Shown here piece by piece: positions 25,791 to 35,142 of a stretch of 64,000 nucleotides of DNA. Below the pieces are notes generated by a model, which did not search any database, was not told where the DNA came from, and saw only the letters and a list, made by a program, of their open reading frames with translations. This DNA is from Terriglobia bacterium (lineage in GTDB: Bacteria > Acidobacteriota > Terriglobia > 20CM-2-55-15), in the NCBI GenBank assembly GCA_965263045.1, contig CBDHGK010000022.1:4808-68807 (forward strand), in the 5' to 3' direction. A program made the position numbers and the translations under genes. Position 1 is the first letter of the stretch. Every line of letters starts with the position of its first letter.

Positions 25791-28604
25791 TCAGAACCCG
25801 TATTTTTCCTTCCTCAAATTGAAGGCCGCTTCGCCTCCCTCCATGATCTGCTTGATCGCATTCCGCACGGCGTCAACATCGATCGCCCCTTCTCCCCCTA
25901 TTGCGCCACGCGTCTGGTCTCCGGTTGTCCTATGAGTGCACCAGGCGACAAGTTCGGCATCGCCGTTCACTACAAGATTTGCATTGTGACTCGCGAATAC
26001 GAGTTGTCGCTTTTGCTTCGCCTCCCAGACCCCTTCAACAATTTCGAGCATAACGGGATTATCCAGATCCTCTTCTGGCTGGTCGATGATTAGCGGAGAT
26101 CCTGGCTGGTTCAACAGCGTTTTCAGAAGCGCGGTGGCCTGCTGGCCAGCCGAAGCATTCCGAAATGAGATGTACTCCTGTTCGCGAGCTTGATATTCAA
26201 ATACGGGCACACTTTCTACCGGCGTGAGTGACAGCGTCAGCCAGTCATCTGGTGTCAGGCTGCGGCCGATCCCGTCTAGATTCGCCGCTGTTAGGCCCAC
26301 CTTTGTTAACGTCGGCGCTTCAGGTCGCTTGTCAGCACCGTCCCGTTCTTCATCGAACTCGGCCAGTTTTTCCAGGTCAGTCAGCATGCGATTCCAGATG
26401 GCTTTCCCTGCTTCTACCGTACTCGTCGATGAAGCGATGTTGCCCAGGCTATCGATTTTATTGCCGGGTACGCGAGATCCACTCACAGCCCGCTTCATAC
26501 CTTCTATGAAGTTCTCCGCATCTGTATATCGTTCCACGCGCGCACGAATGGCCCCGCCTGAATCGGCTGTGAGCTTTTCGCATTGCGCGTCGAGGGCACC
26601 ATCGCGCTCGCTGATCAGGATTTCCCATGCCTCCCGTTCAGCACGATAGGTTCCATCGGCCATCTCAAGCGATCGCAACTCTTCCTTGACACGGCCGGTC
26701 TCACGGACATGCGCCTGCAATTGCTCCTCGATCGCTTTCAGTTGTTCCATTGTTTCCCGATGTGCGGATGAACGCTCTACAGCGGAGTCGTATGCCTTGC
26801 TGAACTCCGTCCGTCTCTCTACCCACTTTCGCCACGGGCTATTTTCATCTATCGTTTCTGGGGCGCCAATCATCGCCCCAGCGCGGCTAATAAGGGAATC
26901 GAGACTAGTCTTCGCATCGGAGAGCAGATCTATATATTCATCCGCAGCTTCCCTCAAGATGTCACCCGCAGGATCGGGCGGCGTCGGCTCCGCCCCCGAG
27001 AGATGTGACTCAACCGTCCTGCGTAGGCTCTCGGCATCATTCTTGAACGTGCTTACCCCGTCTCGCCACGATTCAACCGCCTGGTTCGCGGCAGAAAACA
27101 CCTTGCCCCTGTCGAGAAGCGCACGGTCTTCATCGGATAGCCCTGTCAGCCCTGCGCGTAACGTCTCAGCTTGCTCGAAGAACGACTTTTCAGCGAGTTG
27201 CCGTTCTTCAAGCATCCGGGAAAGCGCACGGCCCCGCCGCAGCGTTGCATATGCTTCCCTAATCCTCTTCGCTCTGTCAGCCAGACGCCCCTCAATGTCG
27301 TCCAGCGCCAGGCGGATCGGCGCTGTGATGAATCTTGAGAGTTCATCCACGCGGACGCTCACATCACTAAGTTGCTTCTGGCTGTATGCTTGAATGGGGA
27401 GCAGTCGACGCACTTCTTCCTCAGAGCACTCGCGCATCTCATCACCGGCAATCTTCATCATCAAATCGCCGTTCTGACTCTCCCTCCGCACCTTGTGTGG
27501 CACGCCGTTTATTTCAAACTGCACCTCTGCGGTGGCGTTCAATGGTTTAAGCGTCTCCTCGATGAGACGCTTCCGCCGTCCCAGATAATTCGGTGTGTCG
27601 TCTTTCTCCATACCCGGCGGCGGCTGATCGCATAATGCCCACCGCAGGTATTCGAGGATCGTTGATTTGCCCGTCCCGCGGCCTCCAATCAGCGCGCTGT
27701 ATTGCGAATTGAATTCAAGATCAAAAGGACCGAGAAATTTACTGTTGCTGACAGAAATGCTGCTGATCGTAACAGTCGGTAGTCGCGGTTCTTCCTGGGA
27801 AACCCGCGATTCCTGTGCGAGACATGCTTGCCGTAGCGCCTCGGCCGTCGGGGTCGCCCATTTTGTCCAGGTCGAAACACTTCCCAGCTCTTGATGATCT
27901 TCACGCCGGCTATCCGACGTTTGGAACACCGCAATTCGCTTATATCCGTAGTCTCGAGCCTTGCCATTTATGATGGCCAGATTACCCTTACCCAAATTCC
28001 CGATCGAGCCATCGATATACCCGCCGACGCATGGCATTGCCTTGTACTTTGGTCCGGCCCCTGCCCGAATGAGCGTATCTTTTCCGCCATCACTAACGTT
28101 AGGGAAGATGATGTATCGTCCCCGCAGAAACTGGTGTTTATCCAGCTCGTCACGAAGCCGCACAAGTGTCGTAATCTGCTCCAGACGTGCTACCTCAGCC
28201 GTTGTCGGTTCCGACTGGGCGTGTGGGGTTATCGCGAGGGCCGTCAGCGCCAGTGAGAAAAGGTCCTCAGGCAGTTCTGCATCAAAAATAAGTAACGCCT
28301 GACACGGAACGTTCAGCGTCAACTCTATGCCTGGAAAAACGACAATCTGATTCTCTGCCGGCACGGCGTGTCCGCTATCATCCAACTCCGTTTTCGCTGC
28401 GTCGCGAATGTACTTCGTGAACGCCATATCGTGATGATCTGTAATGGCAACAGCATCAAGCTCTTTCTCTCGACAGGCCTGGATGAACCTCGCTGCATAC
28501 TCGCTCCGGTCCTCATCGGAACCATAGTGCCTTCCTGACCACTGCAGGTCTCTCGGCGTATGTACCTGAAAATCACAGCGGAAAAAATGCGCTCCTTTAT
28601 CCAT
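25791..28604 (-). CDS. PHP-domain phosphoesterase fused to an SMC/Rad50/SbcC-like ABC ATPase with a long coiled coil (937 aa); candidate defense nuclease-ATPase
   Basis: N-terminus FRCDFQVHTPRD...AVAITDHHDM is PHP-like (motifs I/II). Walker A LIGGRGTGKST sits at aa ~306. More than 400 aa of heptad-rich coiled coil follow. The C-terminal signature region contains LIIDQPEEDLD (Walker B/D-loop) and LVFASHNANLV (H-loop), both diagnostic of Rad50/SMC-type ABC ATPases. Confidence 0.7.
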   Translation of the reverse strand: MDKGAHFFRCDFQVHTPRDLQWSGRHYGSDEDRSEYAARFIQACREKELDAVAITDHHDMAFTKYIRDAAKTELDDSGHAVPAENQIVVFPGIELTLNVPCQALLIFDAELPEDLFSLALTALAITPHAQSEPTTAEVARLEQITTLVRLRDELDKHQFLRGRYIIFPNVSDGGKDTLIRAGAGPKYKAMPCVGGYIDGSIGNLGKGNLAIINGKARDYGYKRIAVFQTSDSRREDHQELGSVSTWTKWATPTAEALRQACLAQESRVSQEEPRLPTVTISSISVSNSKFLGPFDLEFNSQYSALIGGRGTGKSTILEYLRWALCDQPPPGMEKDDTPNYLGRRKRLIEETLKPLNATAEVQFEINGVPHKVRRESQNGDLMMKIAGDEMRECSEEEVRRLLPIQAYSQKQLSDVSVRVDELSRFITAPIRLALDDIEGRLADRAKRIREAYATLRRGRALSRMLEERQLAEKSFFEQAETLRAGLTGLSDEDRALLDRGKVFSAANQAVESWRDGVSTFKNDAESLRRTVESHLSGAEPTPPDPAGDILREAADEYIDLLSDAKTSLDSLISRAGAMIGAPETIDENSPWRKWVERRTEFSKAYDSAVERSSAHRETMEQLKAIEEQLQAHVRETGRVKEELRSLEMADGTYRAEREAWEILISERDGALDAQCEKLTADSGGAIRARVERYTDAENFIEGMKRAVSGSRVPGNKIDSLGNIASSTSTVEAGKAIWNRMLTDLEKLAEFDEERDGADKRPEAPTLTKVGLTAANLDGIGRSLTPDDWLTLSLTPVESVPVFEYQAREQEYISFRNASAGQQATALLKTLLNQPGSPLIIDQPEEDLDNPVMLEIVEGVWEAKQKRQLVFASHNANLVVNGDAELVAWCTHRTTGDQTRGAIGGEGAIDVDAVRNAIKQIMEGGEAAFNLRKEKYGF

Positions 28605-29107
28605 CAGTACCTCATCACTCCGAATCGGCGCTTTTCAGGCCAAAGTTTCGCGCGTTCTCTGAAACAGCGCATTTCACAGCATCCTTGGCGCCGTTTCCAC
28701 AACTGTTTCCAGGGTAATCGAAAGCCGGTCATTTTCGCTAGAGAACCCGGCGGCTCCAGAAGCAACAATCCATGACGTAGCGTTGGCCAACGACCCCCAC
28801 AATGTCGTCAAACAATTCAATTTGGCAATGCCACTTCCTGGCATATGAGAAGCGGATACCCGATCCGGTTTCCGGCTAGTTGGCAGGAATCGTCGTGAAA
28901 ACCTGCCCTGTGTATCGGAGCCCAAGCGCCCCGAATCTTTCAGATTGTCGCGACTTGATTTCAACGATTCCGCTGACACCTGCTGGGAGATTTAGCAGCA
29001 GCAGCAACCCCTGTTCCGGCTGGTACGGGCGAAACGTCGTCGGCATCGCGTTCTCTTCCTAACTGCGAGACAATTATCTCTTTCACTTCCTACGGCGCAG
29101 ACTCCTA

Positions 29108-29336
29108 GTGGTGTCAGTAACGCTCGTCAACTATGATCCCAATAATTTATTACTAATATCGCTTGTACGCCTCATTCGGGACAGTACTGGCAAGGACTTG
29201 GCAGAGGCGAAAGAAATCCTTGACCGGTTTGTCGAAGGTAAACCGTGTACTCTCTACTTCAGCAGCCGACAGACTGCAGGCGAGTTCGTGGTCCGTGCTA
29301 TAAATCTTGGGGCAATCGTTAAAGGGGGTTCTGGTG
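29108..29336 (+). CDS. Small protein resembling the ribosomal L7/L12 C-terminal domain, 3' end truncated or fused by an IS6 insertion
   Basis: LISLVRLIRDSTGKDLAEAKEILDRFVEGKPCTLYFSSRQTAGEFVVRAINLGAIVKG follows the L7/L12 CTD pattern (V-R..TG..LKEAK.LV...P..........A.......LGA.V). The IS6 IR (ggttctggtgcaga) begins at 29337 inside the ORF. Confidence 0.35.
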
Positions 29337-30154
29337 CAGATAGGATTGTCGGAGCGATAAGATCAGGAGTACGCATTCGGCAATGCGGACTATGCGGCCA
29401 TCACGTGACACCAGATCAGGGCAGGATTCGACTGCCATGGGATCGGAATTGCGAACTGGCGTTTGTGAATTTTCTGCGCCAACTCGATGCCGATAATCAC
29501 GCGTCGCGCATTGTAGAACGTCTTGAATCCCAACATCGGGCGCAATCGCCCCTTCACCCGGCGGTGGTCCTGCTCCACAACGTTGTTCAGATACTGACAG
29601 CAACGAATCGTCACCATGTTCCGCCCCCGGAAGTTGAACTCACCGTTCATTCCCATGCGCCGCAGCGCGCTATGGCTCGGCTGGTGGCCATCCAAGGTGA
29701 TGCTGTGTGGTTCCCGATGATGCTTCAGTGCCTTGCGAAAGAAGGCCTTCGCCGCCGCGATGCCACGTGTTCGACTCAGTTAGAACTCCACGGTGTTGCC
29801 CTGTCCGTCCACGGCGCGGTAGAGATACATCCACTGGCCCCGCACCTTGATAAACGTTTCATCAACCCGCCAACTCCCACCCACCGGTCGCTCGAATCGG
29901 CGCCAGCGCTTTTCGCAGGTTTCGGCATAGCGAACGACCCAAAGCAAGATCGTGGTGTGCGAAATCGATAAACCCCGTTCACCTAAAATCTCAACCAGGT
30001 CCCGGTAACTCAGTTTGAATCGAAAATACCAGCGAAGGCAGAGGAGAATGATGTCGTCTTCGAACCAACGTCCGGCAAATAGGGGATTCCGTTTAGTTTT
30101 GCGATGCGCCATATCCCATTATCGCCAAGTCCCTTCGCTATCTGCACCAGAACC
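29337..30154 (-). mobile_element. IS6-family subtype A copy (818 bp) with perfect 14-bp IRs; transposase frameshifted
   Basis: IRs at 29337-29350 and 30141-30154. tnp fragments 29780..30112 (MAHRKTKRNPLFAGRWFEDDIILLCLRWYF...) and 29390..29695. Confidence 0.85.
29390..30112 (-). pseudogene. IS6 transposase, frameshifted
   Basis: Two ORFs in different frames jointly cover the transposase. Confidence 0.65.
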
Positions 30155-30203
30155 CCCTCTCTTAGTGCTCATCGGCGACGCTTTACGTCAGTATCGACTC
30201 GCT

Positions 30204-33200
30204 CTACCCCTCCCGTCGGAATCCCGGTGGTGGGGCCTTAAACTCCGTGTCCGGCGACTTCTTGCCCTGCCATTCCCAGGCTGACTGGTCGATTGCCTCT
30301 TTCACCCCCGTCTTCTGCGCCCGCAGCAATTCCTTGACCGGCAGCCGGACGTCCGCTGTCAACATCAGCTCCCCACCGCGAAGGCTCGCCAATTCCCGCG
30401 CGTGGGTCCGCCGCGGGGTCCAGAGGAACGATCCACCGTATCGACCGTGATTCACCGACGCCAGGTTGACGTAGTTCTCGTAGGCACGCACCCAAGTGAG
30501 AGAGTCGAACAGATCTACGTCTTTGTTGAACGCCACCATCAGCAGGTGCAGCAACTCGCCCCGTAGCGCCCTCCAGGGAGCTGCATCGATCAGGTCCGCA
30601 CAGATTGCCACGGTGAAGTCTCCCCACCCAGGGTGCACGAATCGATACCAGCGCCGGCCCCGTAGCATCCGCCACTTCGTCAGCGACGCCTTCTTCGATA
30701 GCGCCCGCGCCAGACCGTCCTCGGTGTGCGCTGGCACGGGCTTTCTGACACGGAAACACCGCACCCCCGGCGGTCCACGGTCATCTCCAACCGGCACAAT
30801 CAGCTCCGCCTCGTTCACGAAACACGCCCATGTCGGCGTGAATCCCCTTGGCGGACGAAAAGCAGGCCTCAGCGCACGCCAATAGAGCCCCGCGACCGCC
30901 CCCTTGCCCTCTTTCCGCACTAGGGCCCGCAGGCTCGTGACCTCCTGCTGGGGGATTGCCAATTCCGGTAGCACCACCAAACGCGGACCCTCATCTCCAA
31001 CGCCCTGTGCCGGTGCCAGGAACACATTGGAAACCTGTTCAATCATCGCATTTGCCGTGGCCGACGAAATCGCCGGGAATCGCGTCACGACATCTGCTTC
31101 GTTCGGCCATGCGGTCACTTGGCCGACGCGTACGACCAGTTCATCGATGATCGAAGTGTCCGCAACGCGCAATTCGGAAGGCAAATCTGGGCCCCGCAAA
31201 TCGCCCGCTGGGCGAATCGTCCTGACGACCTCAAGATCCCCTCCTGTAGACAAACCAACGTCGATCCTCTCCGGCAGGAAGTCCTCCCAAGAGACACGGT
31301 CGCACGACCAGTCAGCCAGCGACTCGACGAGATGAACTCCAGATCCTGTCACATCCGATCCTGGCGATTCGCTCCAGCGTAGGACCCCCTCAATCGACTC
31401 CCAAGCCTTGAACGGCAGGTGAATCCGAGACCGCCATGCCCATCGATCCACGAATGGCGTGCCCCTGACACCCCATCGTGCTAAACCGTCGAGAATTCGT
31501 TCGTTGCCGTCCAGCACCGTCAGCAGGAGCAGCACGTCGCAGTACAGGACATAGCTATCCACGTGTACTCCGCGCGCGGCCGCCGACACGAACGGCAGAT
31601 AGAACGCCGCGTGCGGCACCACTTCCCATGCCGTCGACCTTTCCATTGACAGCGATTGATCGACTCGTTCCGGTTCCTCATCCAGGTCGAATTGCCAGCG
31701 GCGACCCGCAGCCAAAACGCCGTTCACATCCTTGATCCGCCAAGTTAGCGGTCCCTCTCTCGGCGCCCACCCCTCCGGTACCGCTATCGTGCGGACGACT
31801 GTGAGCAGCGCTGCGGAAACGCGACTAGGTAGGCCTACCGCCGGGGTCTCCCATGCGGACATCGGCCAGTCTTTCAGCCCGGTGTCCACGGGCGTGCCCC
31901 ACAGGAGCCTGTGCACTGTCGGCGTACTCGTGGGACTCGCCTCCTGACCGACGATCACACGTCGTGCGCGGGCGTAGTCGTGCAGCAGGAACGCATCGTG
32001 CTCGAGTGCTTTTACATCCCGGTGCAGTGAGGGAATCGCTTTGCGCGCCAGCGCCGACGTGATCCACTCGAAGCAGCCAAGAGCAAGCCCCGCCGCCAAC
32101 GCTCCCCGCGCATTATCCCCAACCCGCGAAATGCGCGGTTGGCCGGACGCCGGGAATAGAACACCGCCCAACTTGTCATTCCAATGACCCAACTGCACGT
32201 TCGCCAGCGCCCAGTTGTCCAGATTCCGATTGCGCCTCGGCCCCGTATGCTGCAGCCTCCCGAAATTCGACAGAAGCCCGGTCGCCTTCGGCATTTCCTC
32301 AAGTTGTGCGGTCGACGGCACAAGCAATACCGATCCCGGCCCCGCGGTGCTCCGCCATGCCTCCGCGAGTTCCAACGTCGAGTGCGTCGCCAAGATCGCT
32401 TCGACAAACTCGTCCAGTTCCCACGGCCACGCGGTGATGTCTACAACGCTGGTCGCCGGATAGAGTATGCCCACCCATTGATCGATTCGGCCCAAAGACG
32501 CCGCCACCTGCGCGTGGTTCCCTTCCCCGGCGGCTCTCGTGGTCCAGAGAACCGGTGAAGCCACCCACATGTCCGCTTCCTCATGCGCCACCGGCTCGGC
32601 ATGCCGTTCCAATTCACGCACCACTTGCGCGAGCGCCCGCCAAAACGCCGCTCGGAGGAACGACAGATAGAGTTCCCGCCAACCGTCCGTCCGCTCGGTG
32701 GCGTGTCCGTCATCGGTATCTATCTCCGGCCACGCGCTCAGCCACGCCGCCGACTCTTGCCGGTCGCTCACGCAAGCGATTCGACGGAGCTGATTGCACA
32801 ACCACCTTGACGCCTCTTGAGCGGTATCGCTATTGTTCTCCGGCTCGCCAAGCGGGCGCCGCGCCGCGCCGCGAACTACCGCACGCCAGATCGCGAATTT
32901 CCATGGCGTCCGGTCCAGCACGAAACTGATCGTCTCTCGGATTTGGTGCAAGTTCCGGTGCTGCTCGCCGGCCTCCCGGGCCTTCGGCAACCAAGCACGA
33001 ACAAGCCGGTTGACGGAGAACGTGCGACGCGTATCCGGCCGCACCTGCTCGTCCTCAATGTCGAAGCGCGCCAGTTCGTGCAGTCGCGCCAGGTGATCCC
33101 GGGCACCCTCGCCGAACCGCTGGCGAAGGGTGTCCGTCCCCATGTCGCTCAACAGTTCGACCAGGCTCGTGACGAACGGACCGACGTCCCCTTGCTCGAT

Positions 33201-34631
33201 CGCCGCGCGCTCCAACGCCTCGCGGTGGGACGTGAATTCGTCGCTGCTCGACTTGACCGCCCACCAGTCCGACACCCCCCCGGTCGCGTGCACTCCCAGT
33301 GGCGGTGGCAACGGCTGTTTGCATTTCTCGTTTTCGCACTCGGTCCAACCATTCTCTAGGAGGTACTTGCCAATTACTGCCTGCACCGCATTCGGCTTGA
33401 TTTTCTTGAAACTTATGCAGATGTTTGAGCCCTCATTCGGGGTCGCAAGCGACGCCGCTCCGGTTCCCGATAATGCTCCGTGAACGGCTTCGACGAGGGA
33501 AAATAGGCCACCTAACGATCTCGACAACACGTACATGTCGTCTGCAAACCTGACTATGGCCCCTCGATCCTTCCCTGAGGTCCCTGCGAGATAACGCCCG
33601 ATCACTCGATCCGGCTCCAGGAGTACCACATTGAGCAACACCCCGGAGATGGCTAGCCCTGTAGGTATCCCTTCGTATGGCTCCACGGCTACCCTTGGCA
33701 ACGGGTGACCCTGTGGAGGTCCCCAGGAATCCAGGGGGATTCCACAGGGGTCCAGCGTGACTTCCCCCAAGGCTTTCGTCAGCCGGCGTCCAATTTCCAC
33801 CCGAACATCCTCGACGGCAAGCGCTTCCAATACCGGTTTCGGACAACCGTCAAACAGCCCATTGAAGTCGACCGACTGCCGGAGCGCGTCTTCCATTGCC
33901 ACGGCCAAACGCTCGATGCGCACCGATGGGTACGCCAATTCGATATCCAAGGCCCCCCAGCGCGCGCGTGGCGAGTCGACTGGTCCTTGCCACCAAGCCT
34001 CTCCCGTCCACTTCGGAAGCGTGTCTTCCCCATAGTCCTCGGGAATCTGTACAGGATCCGAGTCGTTGTCCGCTGGCAGCGTCGCTTTCGTCATCCGAGC
34101 CACGGTCCAATGCGCCACGCGCCGAAACAACCCATGCGATCGAGCGTATGAAAGGAAGATTCTGTCCGTGAGCACCGGATATGGACGGTGCACCCACCGT
34201 GCCGGTTTTGCCCGACGATCCCAGGCGATTGGCCGATACCACCGATTCCCGAAGGCGAAGTTCGCAACCTGTACATCGAGGATCGGCCCCACCGCGACCA
34301 TGTGGGCCATGAACGCCACTTGGTCCCGCACCGTCGGCATCACGTAGTGCCTCAGCCGCGCACCCTTCTTCGGGTAGGGCACCTGACGCCATCGTTCCGG
34401 CTTCCAGTTGCCGTCGCGCAACGCCGTCGCCAGATCTCGAAGCATCGCATCGGGGTACAGCCTCCATCGCGATAGTTCCGGCTGCGGCGCCAGATTCCCA
34501 CCTCTGTACCAGGAATCCACACGCATCCAAGCACCCTGAAGGATCACCGGATTCCCAAGCACCTCCGCTGCCTTCTGTGCGTTGTGTTCCGAGTTCATGC
34601 GTCCATTCGGCCTCTGCCCCTCCGTAGGCAC
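30204..34631 (-). CDS. Reverse transcriptase-nitrilase fusion protein (1475 aa); defense-associated RT of the DRT type 1 / UG1-UG5 kind
   Basis: The N-terminal ~400 aa hold RT motifs. These are RLYPDAMLRDLATALRDGNW...VPYPKKGARLRHYVMPTVRDQVAFMAH (motifs 1-2), YEGIPTGLAISGVLLNVVLLEPDRVI (motifs A-B), and RFADDMYVLS (a YxDD-type catalytic box with F in place of Y). The C-terminal ~270 aa carry the carbon-nitrogen hydrolase catalytic triad context: LVVLPELAIP (Glu), FRVRKPVPAHTEDG (Lys) and FTVAICADLIDAAPW (Cys). About 750 aa of unassigned sequence lie between. Confidence 0.75.
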   Translation of the reverse strand: MPTEGQRPNGRMNSEHNAQKAAEVLGNPVILQGAWMRVDSWYRGGNLAPQPELSRWRLYPDAMLRDLATALRDGNWKPERWRQVPYPKKGARLRHYVMPTVRDQVAFMAHMVAVGPILDVQVANFAFGNRWYRPIAWDRRAKPARWVHRPYPVLTDRIFLSYARSHGLFRRVAHWTVARMTKATLPADNDSDPVQIPEDYGEDTLPKWTGEAWWQGPVDSPRARWGALDIELAYPSVRIERLAVAMEDALRQSVDFNGLFDGCPKPVLEALAVEDVRVEIGRRLTKALGEVTLDPCGIPLDSWGPPQGHPLPRVAVEPYEGIPTGLAISGVLLNVVLLEPDRVIGRYLAGTSGKDRGAIVRFADDMYVLSRSLGGLFSLVEAVHGALSGTGAASLATPNEGSNICISFKKIKPNAVQAVIGKYLLENGWTECENEKCKQPLPPPLGVHATGGVSDWWAVKSSSDEFTSHREALERAAIEQGDVGPFVTSLVELLSDMGTDTLRQRFGEGARDHLARLHELARFDIEDEQVRPDTRRTFSVNRLVRAWLPKAREAGEQHRNLHQIRETISFVLDRTPWKFAIWRAVVRGAARRPLGEPENNSDTAQEASRWLCNQLRRIACVSDRQESAAWLSAWPEIDTDDGHATERTDGWRELYLSFLRAAFWRALAQVVRELERHAEPVAHEEADMWVASPVLWTTRAAGEGNHAQVAASLGRIDQWVGILYPATSVVDITAWPWELDEFVEAILATHSTLELAEAWRSTAGPGSVLLVPSTAQLEEMPKATGLLSNFGRLQHTGPRRNRNLDNWALANVQLGHWNDKLGGVLFPASGQPRISRVGDNARGALAAGLALGCFEWITSALARKAIPSLHRDVKALEHDAFLLHDYARARRVIVGQEASPTSTPTVHRLLWGTPVDTGLKDWPMSAWETPAVGLPSRVSAALLTVVRTIAVPEGWAPREGPLTWRIKDVNGVLAAGRRWQFDLDEEPERVDQSLSMERSTAWEVVPHAAFYLPFVSAAARGVHVDSYVLYCDVLLLLTVLDGNERILDGLARWGVRGTPFVDRWAWRSRIHLPFKAWESIEGVLRWSESPGSDVTGSGVHLVESLADWSCDRVSWEDFLPERIDVGLSTGGDLEVVRTIRPAGDLRGPDLPSELRVADTSIIDELVVRVGQVTAWPNEADVVTRFPAISSATANAMIEQVSNVFLAPAQGVGDEGPRLVVLPELAIPQQEVTSLRALVRKEGKGAVAGLYWRALRPAFRPPRGFTPTWACFVNEAELIVPVGDDRGPPGVRCFRVRKPVPAHTEDGLARALSKKASLTKWRMLRGRRWYRFVHPGWGDFTVAICADLIDAAPWRALRGELLHLLMVAFNKDVDLFDSLTWVRAYENYVNLASVNHGRYGGSFLWTPRRTHARELASLRGGELMLTADVRLPVKELLRAQKTGVKEAIDQSAWEWQGKKSPDTEFKAPPPGFRREG

Positions 34632-34896
34632 TTCCGGCGCACGTCAAACCATTCGCCAGAGCGCGCGACTCAGTTTACGGCTGCGCGTCCTTCTCGATTG
34701 ATCTGTTTCACCAAGGTCAGTCGCTTGACTTCGGTCTCTCCGGGCCGGTGGGGATGGCCGCTCCTCGAGTACACGCATGCGAAGTTGCGAACCGTGACCA
34801 GTTTTCCAGGGAGTCCATGGGTGCGCTGAAGACATCCGGAGAGTACCAGAATCTTCGTATCTCGGGCCTCCCGGTCAAGCGACTCTGCCGCCGTCT

Positions 34897-35142
34897 CTAC
34901 TTCGGGTGCGCGATGATAGTGTGGAGGACGTAGTCGTCCCCTTCGATGGTGAAATAAAAACGCCAAGATCGATTGACCCTGGCTTGCCACAAGCCCGTGG
35001 ACTCGTCGTATTTCTTGGCGTGCAGCGACGGATGCTGAAGGTTGTCGGCGAGGAACCGCTCCTGCTTGTCGAATGCGCGCTGCACATCGGCCGGCGCGGC
35101 TGAATAGTCTTTCTCGAACCTGGCGGTGTGAATGAGCCGCAT
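34897..35142 (-). CDS. RelE/ParE-family type II toxin (81 aa)
   Basis: MRLIHTARFEKDYSAAPADVQRAFDKQERFLADNLQHPSLHAKKY...WQARVNRSWRFYFTIEGDDYVLHTIIAHPK follows the RelE/ParE fold pattern. The start abuts the upstream antitoxin stop. Confidence 0.65.
   Translation of the reverse strand: MRLIHTARFEKDYSAAPADVQRAFDKQERFLADNLQHPSLHAKKYDESTGLWQARVNRSWRFYFTIEGDDYVLHTIIAHPK

Noticed and set aside
30204-34631. Group II intron or retron interpretation of the reverse transcriptase
   Set aside because: There is no maturase X or endonuclease-domain pattern. No flanking structured RNA-like inverted repeats were seen. The C-terminus is a nitrilase domain, which fits the defense-RT fusion class instead.
33850-34647. 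ORF 33850..34647 (-, 265 aa) and other ORFs of ~100 aa or more inside 30204..34631
   Set aside because: They are embedded in other frames of the RT-nitrilase gene. They are Gly/Ala/Arg-rich with no motifs.
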